Assembly (NCBI GenBank): GCA_028699255.1
Contig: JAQVUX010000001.1
Location: forward strand, 60,084 to 124,083
From: Candidatus Omnitrophota bacterium
GTDB lineage: Bacteria; Omnitrophota; Gorgyraeia; 2-01-FULL-45-10
Length of the DNA: 64,000 bases
Direction: 5' to 3'
The notes beneath the pieces were generated by a model. The model ran no database searches, was not told the DNA's origin, and worked only from the letters and a program-made list of their open reading frames with translations. Within the stretch, counting starts at the first letter, position 1. Each line of letters begins with the position of its first letter. Shown one piece after another: positions 47,723 to 57,196 of the stretch. Position numbers and translations under genes: made by a program.

Positions 47723-49281
47723 GAATTATAATAATCCTGCAACGGTTTTACCGATATTTTTTTGCGTTTCATCATGTTCTCGATCCCGTTTACCGAGGCT
47801 TGCGCGCCGGATACGGTTGTGATGAGTGGTACATTGTGAATTATGGCATGCGAACGTATCTTAGCTTCGTCCTCTTTGGTCGCTTTGCCGGACGGAGTAT
47901 TGATTATAAGCGCTATTTTACCGTCTTTCATAAGATCGAGCATGTTGGGCCTGCCTTCCTGCAATTTAGGCAGTACCTCTACGTCTATGTCACTGCTCCT
48001 GAGCGCGTCGGCGGTTCCTGACGTAGCCATTATCTTAAAACCGAGATCGAATAGTTTCTTTGCCACAAATATAATGTTGCGCTTATCCTGATTTCGCACG
48101 CTTATAAAAACGTTACCTTCGACCGGCAGGTTCTGTCCGGCCGCAAGCTGGCTTTTCGCGTAGGCGGCGCCGAAAGTCGTATCTATACCCATTACCTCTC
48201 CGGTCGATTTCATTTCAGGCCCCAGAATGGCGTCGACCCCCGGGAATCTCGAAAATGGGAACACGGATTCTTTTACGCAGACATGTTTTATCGTTTTTTC
48301 TTTTATAAACCCAATCTCTTTAAGTTTTTTCCCAAGCATTATTTTGGTCGCGAGCTTTGCCAGTGGAACGCCGATAGCTTTGCTGACAAATGGGATGGTT
48401 CTTGATGCGCGGGGATTCACTTCCAATATGTAGACGATGTTGTTTTTTACCGCGTACTGGACATTCATCAGTCCTTTAACTTTTAACTCCATCGCCATTG
48501 CGTACGTATTCTTGCGTATCGTATCGAGGATATCCTTGCCGAGTGTGTGGGGCGGCATAACCATGGCGCTATCTCCCGAATGGATACCGGCCTCTTCGAT
48601 ATGCTCGAGTATTCCGCCTATCACGCAGGTTTCCCCGTCGGCTATGGCGTCGACGTCGACTTCTATGGCGTCCTCCAGGAATCTATCTATAAGTATCGGA
48701 CGTTCAGGCGACGCTTCTATGGCGCGAGCCATATAATCGGTCAGGCCTTTTTCGTCATAAACTATCTCCATTGCCCTGCCGCCCAAGACGAACGACGGCC
48801 GCACTACTACAGGATAGCCGATTCTATTGGCAACCTGTATAGCGTCATCAGGCGAGATGGCGGTTCCGTTATCCGGCTGGATGAGCTTGAGTTTCTTCAA
48901 CATCTGCTGGAAGCGTTTTCGGTCTTCGGCGATGTCGATAGAATCCGGGCTTGTGCCCAGGATATTGAGGCCTGCCCTGGCAAGCGCGCCGGATATATTA
49001 AGAGGCGTTTGCCCGCCGAACTGCACTATCGCGCCCATAGGATTTTCTACGTCGACGATGCTCATGACGTCTTCAACCGTGAGCGGTTCGAAATAGAGCT
49101 TGTCGGATGTATCGTAATCGGTAGATACGGTCTCGGGGTTGCAGTTTATCATGATGCTCTCCACGCCCTCTTCTTTAAGCGCAAATGAAGCGTGGCAACA
49201 GCAATAGTCGAATTCTATACCCTGGCCGATCCTGTTTGGCCCGCCTCCGAGTATCAGAACCTTATCTTTATTTGATATCAT
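47719..49281 (-). CDS. carB: carbamoyl-phosphate synthase large subunit, C-terminal half (second ATP-grasp/CPSase module plus MGS-like domain); split carB
   Basis: The 520-aa product starts with the CarB second-half signature LILGGGPNRIGQGIEFDYCCCHASFALKEEG and ends with an MGS-like domain. The matching N-terminal half is encoded at 57197-58861. Confidence 0.82.
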   Translation of the reverse strand: MISNKDKVLILGGGPNRIGQGIEFDYCCCHASFALKEEGVESIMINCNPETVSTDYDTSDKLYFEPLTVEDVMSIVDVENPMGAIVQFGGQTPLNISGALARAGLNILGTSPDSIDIAEDRKRFQQMLKKLKLIQPDNGTAISPDDAIQVANRIGYPVVVRPSFVLGGRAMEIVYDEKGLTDYMARAIEASPERPILIDRFLEDAIEVDVDAIADGETCVIGGILEHIEEAGIHSGDSAMVMPPHTLGKDILDTIRKNTYAMAMELKVKGLMNVQYAVKNNIVYILEVNPRASRTIPFVSKAIGVPLAKLATKIMLGKKLKEIGFIKEKTIKHVCVKESVFPFSRFPGVDAILGPEMKSTGEVMGIDTTFGAAYAKSQLAAGQNLPVEGNVFISVRNQDKRNIIFVAKKLFDLGFKIMATSGTADALRSSDIDVEVLPKLQEGRPNMLDLMKDGKIALIINTPSGKATKEDEAKIRSHAIIHNVPLITTVSGAQASVNGIENMMKRKKISVKPLQDYYNS

Positions 49282-49388
49282 ATTATTATTTTTAACACGG
49301 CTATCAGTCTATGTCAAGGTCATTTGCAATCAAGGCTAACCGCGCAGGTTGACTTTTAGCCGATCGGCAGATAATTTCCGCGGTTATT

Positions 49389-52300
49389 TTAAGCGGCCGC
49401 CATAAACTCCTTGTAAAGGCCATTCGTCTTTAGTAACTCCTGCGTCTCCAACTCTTTTGCTCTCGGTAATAATTTAAACAAAAGATATGGTACTTCTTTT
49501 CCGTCTCCATCCTTGTTGATTATGTCTGCCAAATTTAACTTGTCGAGTGTAATGCCTTCGTTATTTAATGACTCAACAACCTCTTCCACACTGTAATTAT
49601 TGTGGTGCTTTACAATCGTCAGCGTGATTATCTCCATGAGCGGGTATCGCGCTCTGCCATGAAAATCCGTCTCGTCGATATAGACGGCGTGCGCCGTATC
49701 TTCCGGGTTCGGGACGTGAATACTCCTATTCTCGCTCATATTTATGAACATCTGCCGTTTGCTCTGTCTGGCGAATACGAATACCTCGGTATTTTCATCC
49801 CTGTCCATGTCGCGCAAGAGATACGGTATCTTCTCCGCCGGTACAATCTTAACCTCCAGATTTTTCAATAATCGCGCAAGCGGCCAGTTCTTATCTGCCA
49901 TGAGAGTCTGGAGCTTCGTAATTATGGCTAAAACCCTCGACCATTGCGAAGACCCGATCCCGTCCTCGAATATCAGCTTCAATTTCTTCCCGGATAAAAG
50001 TATCGAGATGACCGTCTCGAAGAAGTTCTTGATAGTTTCGTCCGGTTTAGTCAAATCGCGCAGACGCAGTGCATCTTCTTGCCCAAGCCCGGATTGGGAG
50101 GAATTGATGCTTGCTGATGTTTCAGGTACGGTCTGCATGGATGGTTCTTCGTGTATAGGCTTGACTTGGGGAGAAATATATTCTACGGGCTTCGCTTGTT
50201 GCGCTTTTCCGAGCCTCTTTAGTCTTTCCTTTGGAGTTTTCATGAATGCCGGGCGCGTTCCTCGCAATCCGCGCGACAGGCCTTCCGCAGGAAGGTCTTC
50301 CAACGGGTCATCGGTAATTTGCGGTGAAACGAACGGTTTCTCTATCGCGTTTGCGTGTGTAGCGGTTCCGCCCGCCGATTCCCGAGCTCTTACTATGACC
50401 CATAACGGGATGTATTGTTTTCTCAGTATCCCCCTAATCTGCGTCCGGGACAGAGGATGCGTCGGGCTTATTAGTTTCCAGAACTCCGCGTTTGTGGGAG
50501 TGCCTCGCAATGATCTTAGAATTTCGCGCGCTCGTTTTTGATAAATATTATTAGCCGCCATCATAGCGTTGTAGTCAATATAAACATCCTTGCACGATCT
50601 TATTTTTTCGATGTCCGATGGTTTTATTCCGATCATCGCGCCGAGCTCAGATATTTCAATGTCGAGAGCTATGCATATATCTCTAAGCCTTTTGGGCGCA
50701 TTTGCGCGATAGAGAGCGCGGGCTTTTATTAGATTTGATGCAGGGTTGTTGGTAAGTAACCCCTTCCCTTTATTACCAGCCGCGATGTCATATGTTTCCC
50801 ACGTAATATCGAGGGCATCTTTAATGGCCAGTATCTCTTTTTTTTGCTGATTTCTCTCGTCGGCTTTTTCGATCTCTTTTCGAAGTTTATCATTTTTAGC
50901 AAACATCGGCCTAATGTAAGGGTTATCGGCGATGCCCTCCCATACTTCCATGACGATTGTGCTGATACGCTGTTTAGTTATGCCATTATTCAAACCACAT
51001 CTCACCACCGAAAGTCCGGTAATATCTCTATCGTAGAATATCTCCGCATCTCTTTTACTGCATCCGGTCTCTCGCTGTAATAATGAGATTAGGGCATTTT
51101 TGTCAGGAACTTCTCCATGCTTATCATCGTCTTTATCAGCGTCCATGTACTTTTTATACTGATTATCATCAAACACAAAATCAGGGGCCTGGCGCTCTTT
51201 GTTCCATTTTTCAGAATGTGTTGCCGCGGTTCTGATAACAAGCTTCAGTGAATAGTATAGATATGTTTTAAAAGTGGCATTATTATGCGCGGAACTCGCC
51301 CTCCGAAATTTTTTAACGCAGGTTTTTAATACAGATTTGTAAGGTATAATTTCACAAACTTCTTCAATCGAAAGTTTAAACTTACGCCTGAAACTTTTTG
51401 AAGCATCGCCCAGTTCGATCTCGGCCAATTGCGTCAATATCTTTTCGCTTGCCAAGTTAGGCGCGACACACTCTCCTCCTTTTGTGTCAAGGGCAAGCGC
51501 ATCTATTTCATCGTTTGACAGTTTTTCACTCATAATAGCACCTATCGTACCGGGCAGGTACATAGCCGTAGCCGGATGCCCGGGCGCGAGAAGGCTTATT
51601 GTGCGCGTCCAGTCCTCGATCGCCTTAGGGCGCTTATCAATGCCCAGATGCTTATTTAATGCTAAAACCGCTTCTTTCAGATTAGCGGTATTAAATTCTT
51701 TCTTTGCCCATCGCAGTAAGCTAAATATTTTCCTCCCACCGAGTTCAGCGATGCGCGTTATTTTATAATCCGTAGCTATCAATTCTACAGGATCTTTCCC
51801 GAGTTGCTTAGCAAGCATTTCGATCACCAAAAACTTAGCTCGCTTTGTTGTTATGCGCCAGCGAATCAGTCTTTTTGTCGCTCCTATCGTGCGTATATTA
51901 TCAATCCTTCCATCCGGGCTATATATCGGCGACTGAGATTCAGTCACATCTATAATTACCTTGGGTGGTCTTATGATGTCTAAAAGATAAGCTTTTACGC
52001 AGGATTCGATGTCCGAATATCCATCAAGATATACAGAAGCTATGGAGCCATCGTCCTGAATCGGGATCATCCGCCGTACCGCATTGCAATATTCCGTCAG
52101 AGTCATGCGCCTGCGCTGTTTTTTATTCTCTAAATAAATATCTTCCACCATGTTTCGTATGCTCGCAACCGGCGACCCTCCGCCGGCGAATGACTCATGC
52201 CGTTTTGCCGCGACACTGCGAATTTGTGCGAATATTTTATCCAGGTTTTCTTTAGATGTTATTTTTTTCCGTAAAGCCTGATAAGGCATTTTGGAATGCA

Positions 52301-53171
52301 TGTACAGAGAATCGGGCTCGGGGTAATCTCCGTCCGTATCTAATCGCAATTCTTCATTCCCGAGAAGGAGAAATGTTTTATTTTTTAGATCGAGTTCCGG
52401 ATATTTTTTTAAGAGATCTTTGATATGATCGTTAGTCATTACAAAGACAAGATCCGCGCTCTTAAGATCTTCGCGTGTTGCGCGATAAGGCGTGTGTCCG
52501 CTTAATACGCGATCTCTTGACCTGTATTCCCACGCGTAATTGGCATCCGGAAGTTTGTATATCGATCCCGAGGTTATATCCAATTTCCCCTCCAGGTCCT
52601 CGGGCGTGTTTATGCTCAATAGCCTGGCGACGAGCGGGGATCTTTCCATGTTATGACTACATAATACAAGCACATTAGTTTTTTTGATAGCATGAATTCC
52701 ATTTCTTCGGCTTTCACGTGCTTTAGTCGAATGATACACTAACGCCCCCTGCGTCTCCTTGGATTTAAGGTGCCCCTGTATGCGAATAGACTTGGCCGCC
52801 GTGTTAATCACAGCATCATATTGCATAAAGCTCCGATCTGTCGTTATCGAGCATGGTACGAATATCGTGCCGTTGTCTTCGATGCGCATCTTTTCAAAAT
52901 TGAATTCAAGCGATGAGTTTCGTATCTTTGGAGTTATGCGCAGTTTAAAAGACCTGATATCCGGAACGGCCAGCGTGAAATACTTTAAGAGCGCTTCGAG
53001 GGTATTTTCGTAAGAATTGATGTTAAGGTCTTGGAATGTAGTGGGTGCTTGCAGAGCGGGAGTGCCGGCGTGGGTCTCCAGTAGCTCTGGGTTCGCGCAC
53101 AGGGCCTCCTGCCATAGCATTGATATGGCGAGGATAATGCTTATTGGTCGTACTATATGATTTAATTTCAT
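49389..53171 (-). CDS. very large secreted protein (1260 aa) containing an embedded low-molecular-weight protein-tyrosine-phosphatase (LMW-PTP/Wzb-like) domain; remainder of unknown function
   Basis: The signal peptide is ISIILAISMLWQEALCA/NP. Residues about 165-300 carry the P-loop VLVLCSHNMERSP (CX5R with conserved N) and the downstream ADLVFVMTNDHIKDL...LLLGNE...DYPEPD, which parallels the LMW-PTP DYILCMDESNLRDL...LLGSYDP...DPYY. Local GC is about 35-44%. Confidence 0.6.
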   Translation of the reverse strand: MKLNHIVRPISIILAISMLWQEALCANPELLETHAGTPALQAPTTFQDLNINSYENTLEALLKYFTLAVPDIRSFKLRITPKIRNSSLEFNFEKMRIEDNGTIFVPCSITTDRSFMQYDAVINTAAKSIRIQGHLKSKETQGALVYHSTKARESRRNGIHAIKKTNVLVLCSHNMERSPLVARLLSINTPEDLEGKLDITSGSIYKLPDANYAWEYRSRDRVLSGHTPYRATREDLKSADLVFVMTNDHIKDLLKKYPELDLKNKTFLLLGNEELRLDTDGDYPEPDSLYMHSKMPYQALRKKITSKENLDKIFAQIRSVAAKRHESFAGGGSPVASIRNMVEDIYLENKKQRRRMTLTEYCNAVRRMIPIQDDGSIASVYLDGYSDIESCVKAYLLDIIRPPKVIIDVTESQSPIYSPDGRIDNIRTIGATKRLIRWRITTKRAKFLVIEMLAKQLGKDPVELIATDYKITRIAELGGRKIFSLLRWAKKEFNTANLKEAVLALNKHLGIDKRPKAIEDWTRTISLLAPGHPATAMYLPGTIGAIMSEKLSNDEIDALALDTKGGECVAPNLASEKILTQLAEIELGDASKSFRRKFKLSIEEVCEIIPYKSVLKTCVKKFRRASSAHNNATFKTYLYYSLKLVIRTAATHSEKWNKERQAPDFVFDDNQYKKYMDADKDDDKHGEVPDKNALISLLQRETGCSKRDAEIFYDRDITGLSVVRCGLNNGITKQRISTIVMEVWEGIADNPYIRPMFAKNDKLRKEIEKADERNQQKKEILAIKDALDITWETYDIAAGNKGKGLLTNNPASNLIKARALYRANAPKRLRDICIALDIEISELGAMIGIKPSDIEKIRSCKDVYIDYNAMMAANNIYQKRAREILRSLRGTPTNAEFWKLISPTHPLSRTQIRGILRKQYIPLWVIVRARESAGGTATHANAIEKPFVSPQITDDPLEDLPAEGLSRGLRGTRPAFMKTPKERLKRLGKAQQAKPVEYISPQVKPIHEEPSMQTVPETSASINSSQSGLGQEDALRLRDLTKPDETIKNFFETVISILLSGKKLKLIFEDGIGSSQWSRVLAIITKLQTLMADKNWPLARLLKNLEVKIVPAEKIPYLLRDMDRDENTEVFVFARQSKRQMFINMSENRSIHVPNPEDTAHAVYIDETDFHGRARYPLMEIITLTIVKHHNNYSVEEVVESLNNEGITLDKLNLADIINKDGDGKEVPYLLFKLLPRAKELETQELLKTNGLYKEFMAAA

Positions 53172-53242
53172 GGTTTATGAATAAATATAACATGAAATTA
53201 AATGAAAACAATGCTAAAAATATAGCTTTTTTATATCTTAAT

Positions 53243-54793
53243 TTATGTGACGAAAAGGTTTCTGGAAGAAAACTTACCATCGGAAGTAAGATTGACGCCG
53301 AGCATCTTTATCCCCGTCTCATCGCCTGGCGGCGGTATATGGGTTAAGTGCATTTCACAGCCGCGTAACTCTATAAGTCTCTTCAGCGCTATTTCTGCCG
53401 TGTGATTTGTGGCGGCGCTTATAGAAAGAGCTATCAGCGTCTCTTCTAAGTCTAAGCTTTCCGGCTCGAGTTTGAGGATGCCCTCTTTGAGTTTATTTAT
53501 CTGATTGATTATCTGCGGCGACAGCAAAAGTATCTCGTCGGGTATATTTGCCAGCGTCTTTATCGCGTTAAGGACGAGCGCGGATGCGGCATGCATGAGG
53601 TCTGAGTTTTTACCCGTTATCATCCTGCCGTCTTTCAACTCTATCGCGGCGCCGCAATATATACCGGCAAACCCTTTATTCTTCTTCTCCGCCTCTTCCG
53701 CGGCTTTACGGGCCGCTTCTACGACGCGCCTGTCCGTAACCTTAACGCCCATCTCTTCCATGAGAGACGCTACCCTGTCGACCGTCTCTTTCCTCTCAAT
53801 ACCGAGGACGTATTCGCAGTTATAACGGAAATATCTGCGTATAAGCTCCTGCATAGCGGCGTCGCATACGGCCGCATCGTCGACTATGCCGAATCCGGCA
53901 CGGTTTACGCCCATGTCCGTCGGAGAATTGTAAACCGGCAGGTTCGCGCTCTTGTCGAGTATCCGCGTGAGGATTATCTTTAATATCGGGAAGCTTTCGA
54001 CATCGCGATTATAATTAATCGTCGTTTCGTTATATTTCGCCAGATGAAACGGATCGACCAGGTTGTAGTCGAGGATGTCCGCGGTCGCGGCTTCGTACGC
54101 CACATTGACGGGATGTTTCAACGGGATGTTCCATATCGGGAATGTTTCGAATTTGGCATAGCCGGCATTAATGCCTCGCTTGTGATCCTGATATAATTGG
54201 GACAGGCATACGGAGAGTTTTCCGGAATTTGGTCCGGGCGCAGTTACTACTACGATGGGCTTCGTAGTCTCAATGTAATCGTTTTTACCGAGCCCTTTTT
54301 CACTTGCCACGGTATCGACATTGGCGGGATAGCCTTCGATCGGATAATGCAAATATACCTTCACGCCGCGGCGCTCGAGCTTATTTTTAAATATAACCGC
54401 CGCTGATTGATTAGCAAAACGCGTTATGACTACCGACGATATATCGAGCCCCCATTTGCGCAGGTCATCGATGAGTTTGAATGTGGCGGCGTCGTAAGTA
54501 ATACCGAAATCACCTCGCACCCTCCCCTTCTCTATATCCCCGGCATAAATAGAGAGGACTATCTCGATCTTGTCTTTTAAGGATTGAAGAAGGCGTATCT
54601 TTACGTTGGGATCGTACCCTGGCAGTACCCTCGCGGCGTGGTAATCGTAACAGAGTTTTCCGCCGAACTCGAGGTATAATTTATTGCCGAACTTTTTTAC
54701 CCTGTCGGTAATGGCGGCGGTCTGCTCTTTCAGGTATTTGTCGTTATCGAATCCTATCGTGGCTGTGGTCTTGCGTGTATCATTCTTGATCAT
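53243..54793 (-). CDS. UPF0371 / DUF1846 family protein
   Basis: It matches the UPF0371 family across its length, including [10 protein letters not shown]...[69 protein letters not shown] and SPTDMGVN. The product is 516 aa. Confidence 0.8.
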   Translation of the reverse strand: [516 protein letters not shown]

Positions 54794-54804
54794 TTGTCTT
54801 ATTC

Positions 54805-55218
54805 CTATTTTGTGTTTTCGGGTACGTTCAACTTCATACTTCTTCGATAGCTTTCGAGTTGTTTTTTGAATGCCTCATTGGCTCTTTTAAAAATATCAGA
54901 GTCCTTCTGCCACCCACGGTATTCTTTCCGGGAGTTGGCCCACTCTTCAAAGACCGCCCAGCGAAGTTTAGCCATAGCGACCTCTTCGTCAGTCAGCCCC
55001 ATCTTGCTCGTCTTTCCGGCTTCTACGGTGCGCAGGTTCGTCTTGCCGGCATAGCCGGTGATCGGCCTTACCGAACCGGTTATGATATTGTACCTCGACG
55101 GTATTTTTATACCGCCTATCTCGTAATAGACCGTACGGATCAGGATAAACTTATAAACGCAAAAAGCCACAGCACCGATGAGTAAAAGGGTCAGTATCAT
55201 TTTGAATTTACCGGTCAT
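54805..55218 (-). CDS. hypothetical membrane-anchored protein (137 aa)
   Basis: It has an N-terminal TM (MILTLLLIGAVAFCVYKFILI). No domain is recognised. Confidence 0.45.
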   Translation of the reverse strand: MTGKFKMILTLLLIGAVAFCVYKFILIRTVYYEIGGIKIPSRYNIITGSVRPITGYAGKTNLRTVEAGKTSKMGLTDEEVAMAKLRWAVFEEWANSRKEYRGWQKDSDIFKRANEAFKKQLESYRRSMKLNVPENTK

Positions 55219-55228
55219 ACGCTACCTC

Positions 55229-55672
55229 CTAAGTTTTATCTTCAACTTTTCCTTCGACGTCGATTATATTATCATCATCCGGCCGGACGCGTCCGGAGTT
55301 GCGCGTAAACGATGTTCGGGCAATGTTTATCTTTGGAGTAAGAATAAAATTCAGGATGGAACTTATGACGCTAAAGGCGAGTGCCGCCCAGAACGCGCTC
55401 CAAAAGTTTATGATCTCAAAGCCAACAACGAATTTCGATGCCAGATAAAATATGCCCGCATTGATTATGAGTGTAAAGAAGCCGAGCGTCATTATCGTGA
55501 AAGGAAGCGTGAATAGTATTATGAAAGGTTTGACGAAAGCGTTGAGTAGCCCGAGGATGAATGCCGCTACTACTATTGCGCCCCAACTGTCGGCGCTGAC
55601 ACCGGCGACGATATGGATAACCATGAATAGCGTTATTATGTTCACGAACCATTTTATCAAAAAGTTTTTCAT
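55229..55672 (-). CDS. small 4-TM membrane protein, DUF360/YvlD-like (holin family IV-like superfamily)
   Basis: It has four hydrophobic helices and a charged C-terminal tail. The length and topology are typical of DUF360. Confidence 0.5.
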   Translation of the reverse strand: MKNFLIKWFVNIITLFMVIHIVAGVSADSWGAIVVAAFILGLLNAFVKPFIILFTLPFTIMTLGFFTLIINAGIFYLASKFVVGFEIINFWSAFWAALAFSVISSILNFILTPKINIARTSFTRNSGRVRPDDDNIIDVEGKVEDKT

Positions 55673-55683
55673 CGATTATCCGT

Positions 55684-56685
55684 CTATTGTCGCGCCGTTT
55701 GCATCAGGCTATCGATCAATTCTATCATCTTTTCGTAACTTTTTACAACAGAAACTTGGGCGCGTGTCTCCGGGGCGCTGGGAAAGCCTTTCAAGTACCA
55801 CAGCGCAACCTTGCGCATAATACCCACTTTACCGGACGAGCGGCTGTCGTTATATTCTTCGATGTACGCGAGGTGGCGTTTCAATGTCTCGAGTCTTTGA
55901 GGTAGCCCGGGTTTTGCCGGCGACGAGCCGCTTTTGAGGTATTCCTCTATTTCGGAGAATATCCACGGGTTGCCGAACGCGCCCCTGGCTACGAATACTC
56001 CGTCGCAGAGCGTCTCATCGAACATTCGCGCGGCGGAAGGGCCGTCGAAGATGTTCCCACTGCCGACGACCGGAATACTGACAGAATCTTTCACGACCTT
56101 TATAGCCGCGTAATCGATATCACCGGCATAGCCCTGGGCTCTCGTCCTGCCGTGAACGAATATTGCCCCCGCCCCGCTCGATTCGCACCCCTTCGCTATA
56201 TTCGCGAGGGCTTTTTTGTCAACGATGTCATAGCCTGCGCGTATTTTTACCGTCACCGGCACGGGTAATGCCGGTACAAGCGTCTTGATTATTTTAAAGA
56301 GCGCGCTTGTGTCGCGCAATAGATATGCGCCCGTCTTCTTCTTTACGGCTTTCTTAACCGGGCAGGCCGCGTTTATATCCAGGAACGAGATGTCCGTCGA
56401 ACTTATTATCTCTTGTGCCGCCTTTAGCATCATCGACGGCTCTCTTCCCAGAAGTTGGGCCGCTACAGGTTTATCGGAAGGGTTAGTCTTTAGTATCGTG
56501 CGGGTTTTGCGTTTTGGGCCATAGGTTATGGCGTTATTATCGATCATTTCAAAGAAACAAAAAGAAGCGCCGTGTTCACGCGCTATCGTTCTGAAAGCCA
56601 GGTCCGAGCATCCCGCGAGCGGCGCGAGCAGGACTCTGGACGGTATCTTTACGGAACCAATATTCAGCATTAGCGGTAATTGCAA
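55684..56685 (-). CDS. dus: tRNA-dihydrouridine synthase
   Basis: A TIM-barrel flavoenzyme with LAPLAGCSDLAFR and the FMN-binding and catalytic-Cys region DINAACPVKK. The product is 333 aa. Confidence 0.85.
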   Translation of the reverse strand: MQLPLMLNIGSVKIPSRVLLAPLAGCSDLAFRTIAREHGASFCFFEMIDNNAITYGPKRKTRTILKTNPSDKPVAAQLLGREPSMMLKAAQEIISSTDISFLDINAACPVKKAVKKKTGAYLLRDTSALFKIIKTLVPALPVPVTVKIRAGYDIVDKKALANIAKGCESSGAGAIFVHGRTRAQGYAGDIDYAAIKVVKDSVSIPVVGSGNIFDGPSAARMFDETLCDGVFVARGAFGNPWIFSEIEEYLKSGSSPAKPGLPQRLETLKRHLAYIEEYNDSRSSGKVGIMRKVALWYLKGFPSAPETRAQVSVVKSYEKMIELIDSLMQTARQ

Positions 56686-57170
56686 AACGTAAGCGCCAAA
56701 GGAAAGTCAATCTTTCGCAGGTGAGTTATCACTTCCTGCAGGTCATCCTTTTTCGATGAAACGACACGTATTTTTTCACCCTCGATTTGCGCCTGAACCT
56801 TAAGGCCTAAACCCTTTATTATCGCGACGAGTTCTTTCGCCCTCTCTTTTGATATCCCGCTGGCGAGCTCCACCGATTGCTGAAGGTTGCCCGCGAAGAC
56901 CTTCTCGGGATCTTTAAAGGTCAGCGATTTCAAAGATATGCCCCGTTTAACCATTTTCGACGAGAGCATATCGGCGAGAGATTTTAGTTTAAAGTCGTCG
57001 GTCGATACGAGTGTTATCTTCTTCTCGGCGCGATTGTAGTCGATCGAGGAATTGGTGCCTTTAAAATCAAATCTCTGCGCAAGCTCTTTCTTCGCCTGAT
57101 TCACGGCGTTATCGGCTTCCTGGAGGTCGACCTCAGAGACTATATCGAATGAAAAATTATCTTTTGCCAT
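56670..57170 (-). CDS. yajQ: YajQ-family nucleotide-binding protein (UPF0234, c-di-GMP-binding in characterised members)
   Basis: MAKDNFSFDIVSEVDLQEADNAVNQAKKELAQRFDFKG matches the YajQ N-terminus. The 166-aa product has the two-KH-like-domain architecture. Confidence 0.85.
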   Translation of the reverse strand: MAKDNFSFDIVSEVDLQEADNAVNQAKKELAQRFDFKGTNSSIDYNRAEKKITLVSTDDFKLKSLADMLSSKMVKRGISLKSLTFKDPEKVFAGNLQQSVELASGISKERAKELVAIIKGLGLKVQAQIEGEKIRVVSSKKDDLQEVITHLRKIDFPLALTFCNYR

Positions 57171-57196
57171 AGAATGTTTTCCTTTTAGTGAATATT

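Noticed and set aside
48547-49188. 213-aa and other plus-strand ORFs (47800-49188) inside carB-C. Similar ORFs lie inside purL (43964-44605), guaA (45145-45682), the 1260-aa gene (49744-50541) and carB-N (57677-58781).
   Set aside because: They overlap strongly supported minus-strand enzyme genes in alternative frames. Long antisense ORFs are expected in GC-rich coding DNA.
55229-55672. Holin-like (DUF360) gene as evidence for a prophage lysis cassette
   Set aside because: No endolysin, terminase, capsid or integrase genes are nearby. DUF360/YvlD proteins are widespread chromosomal membrane proteins.
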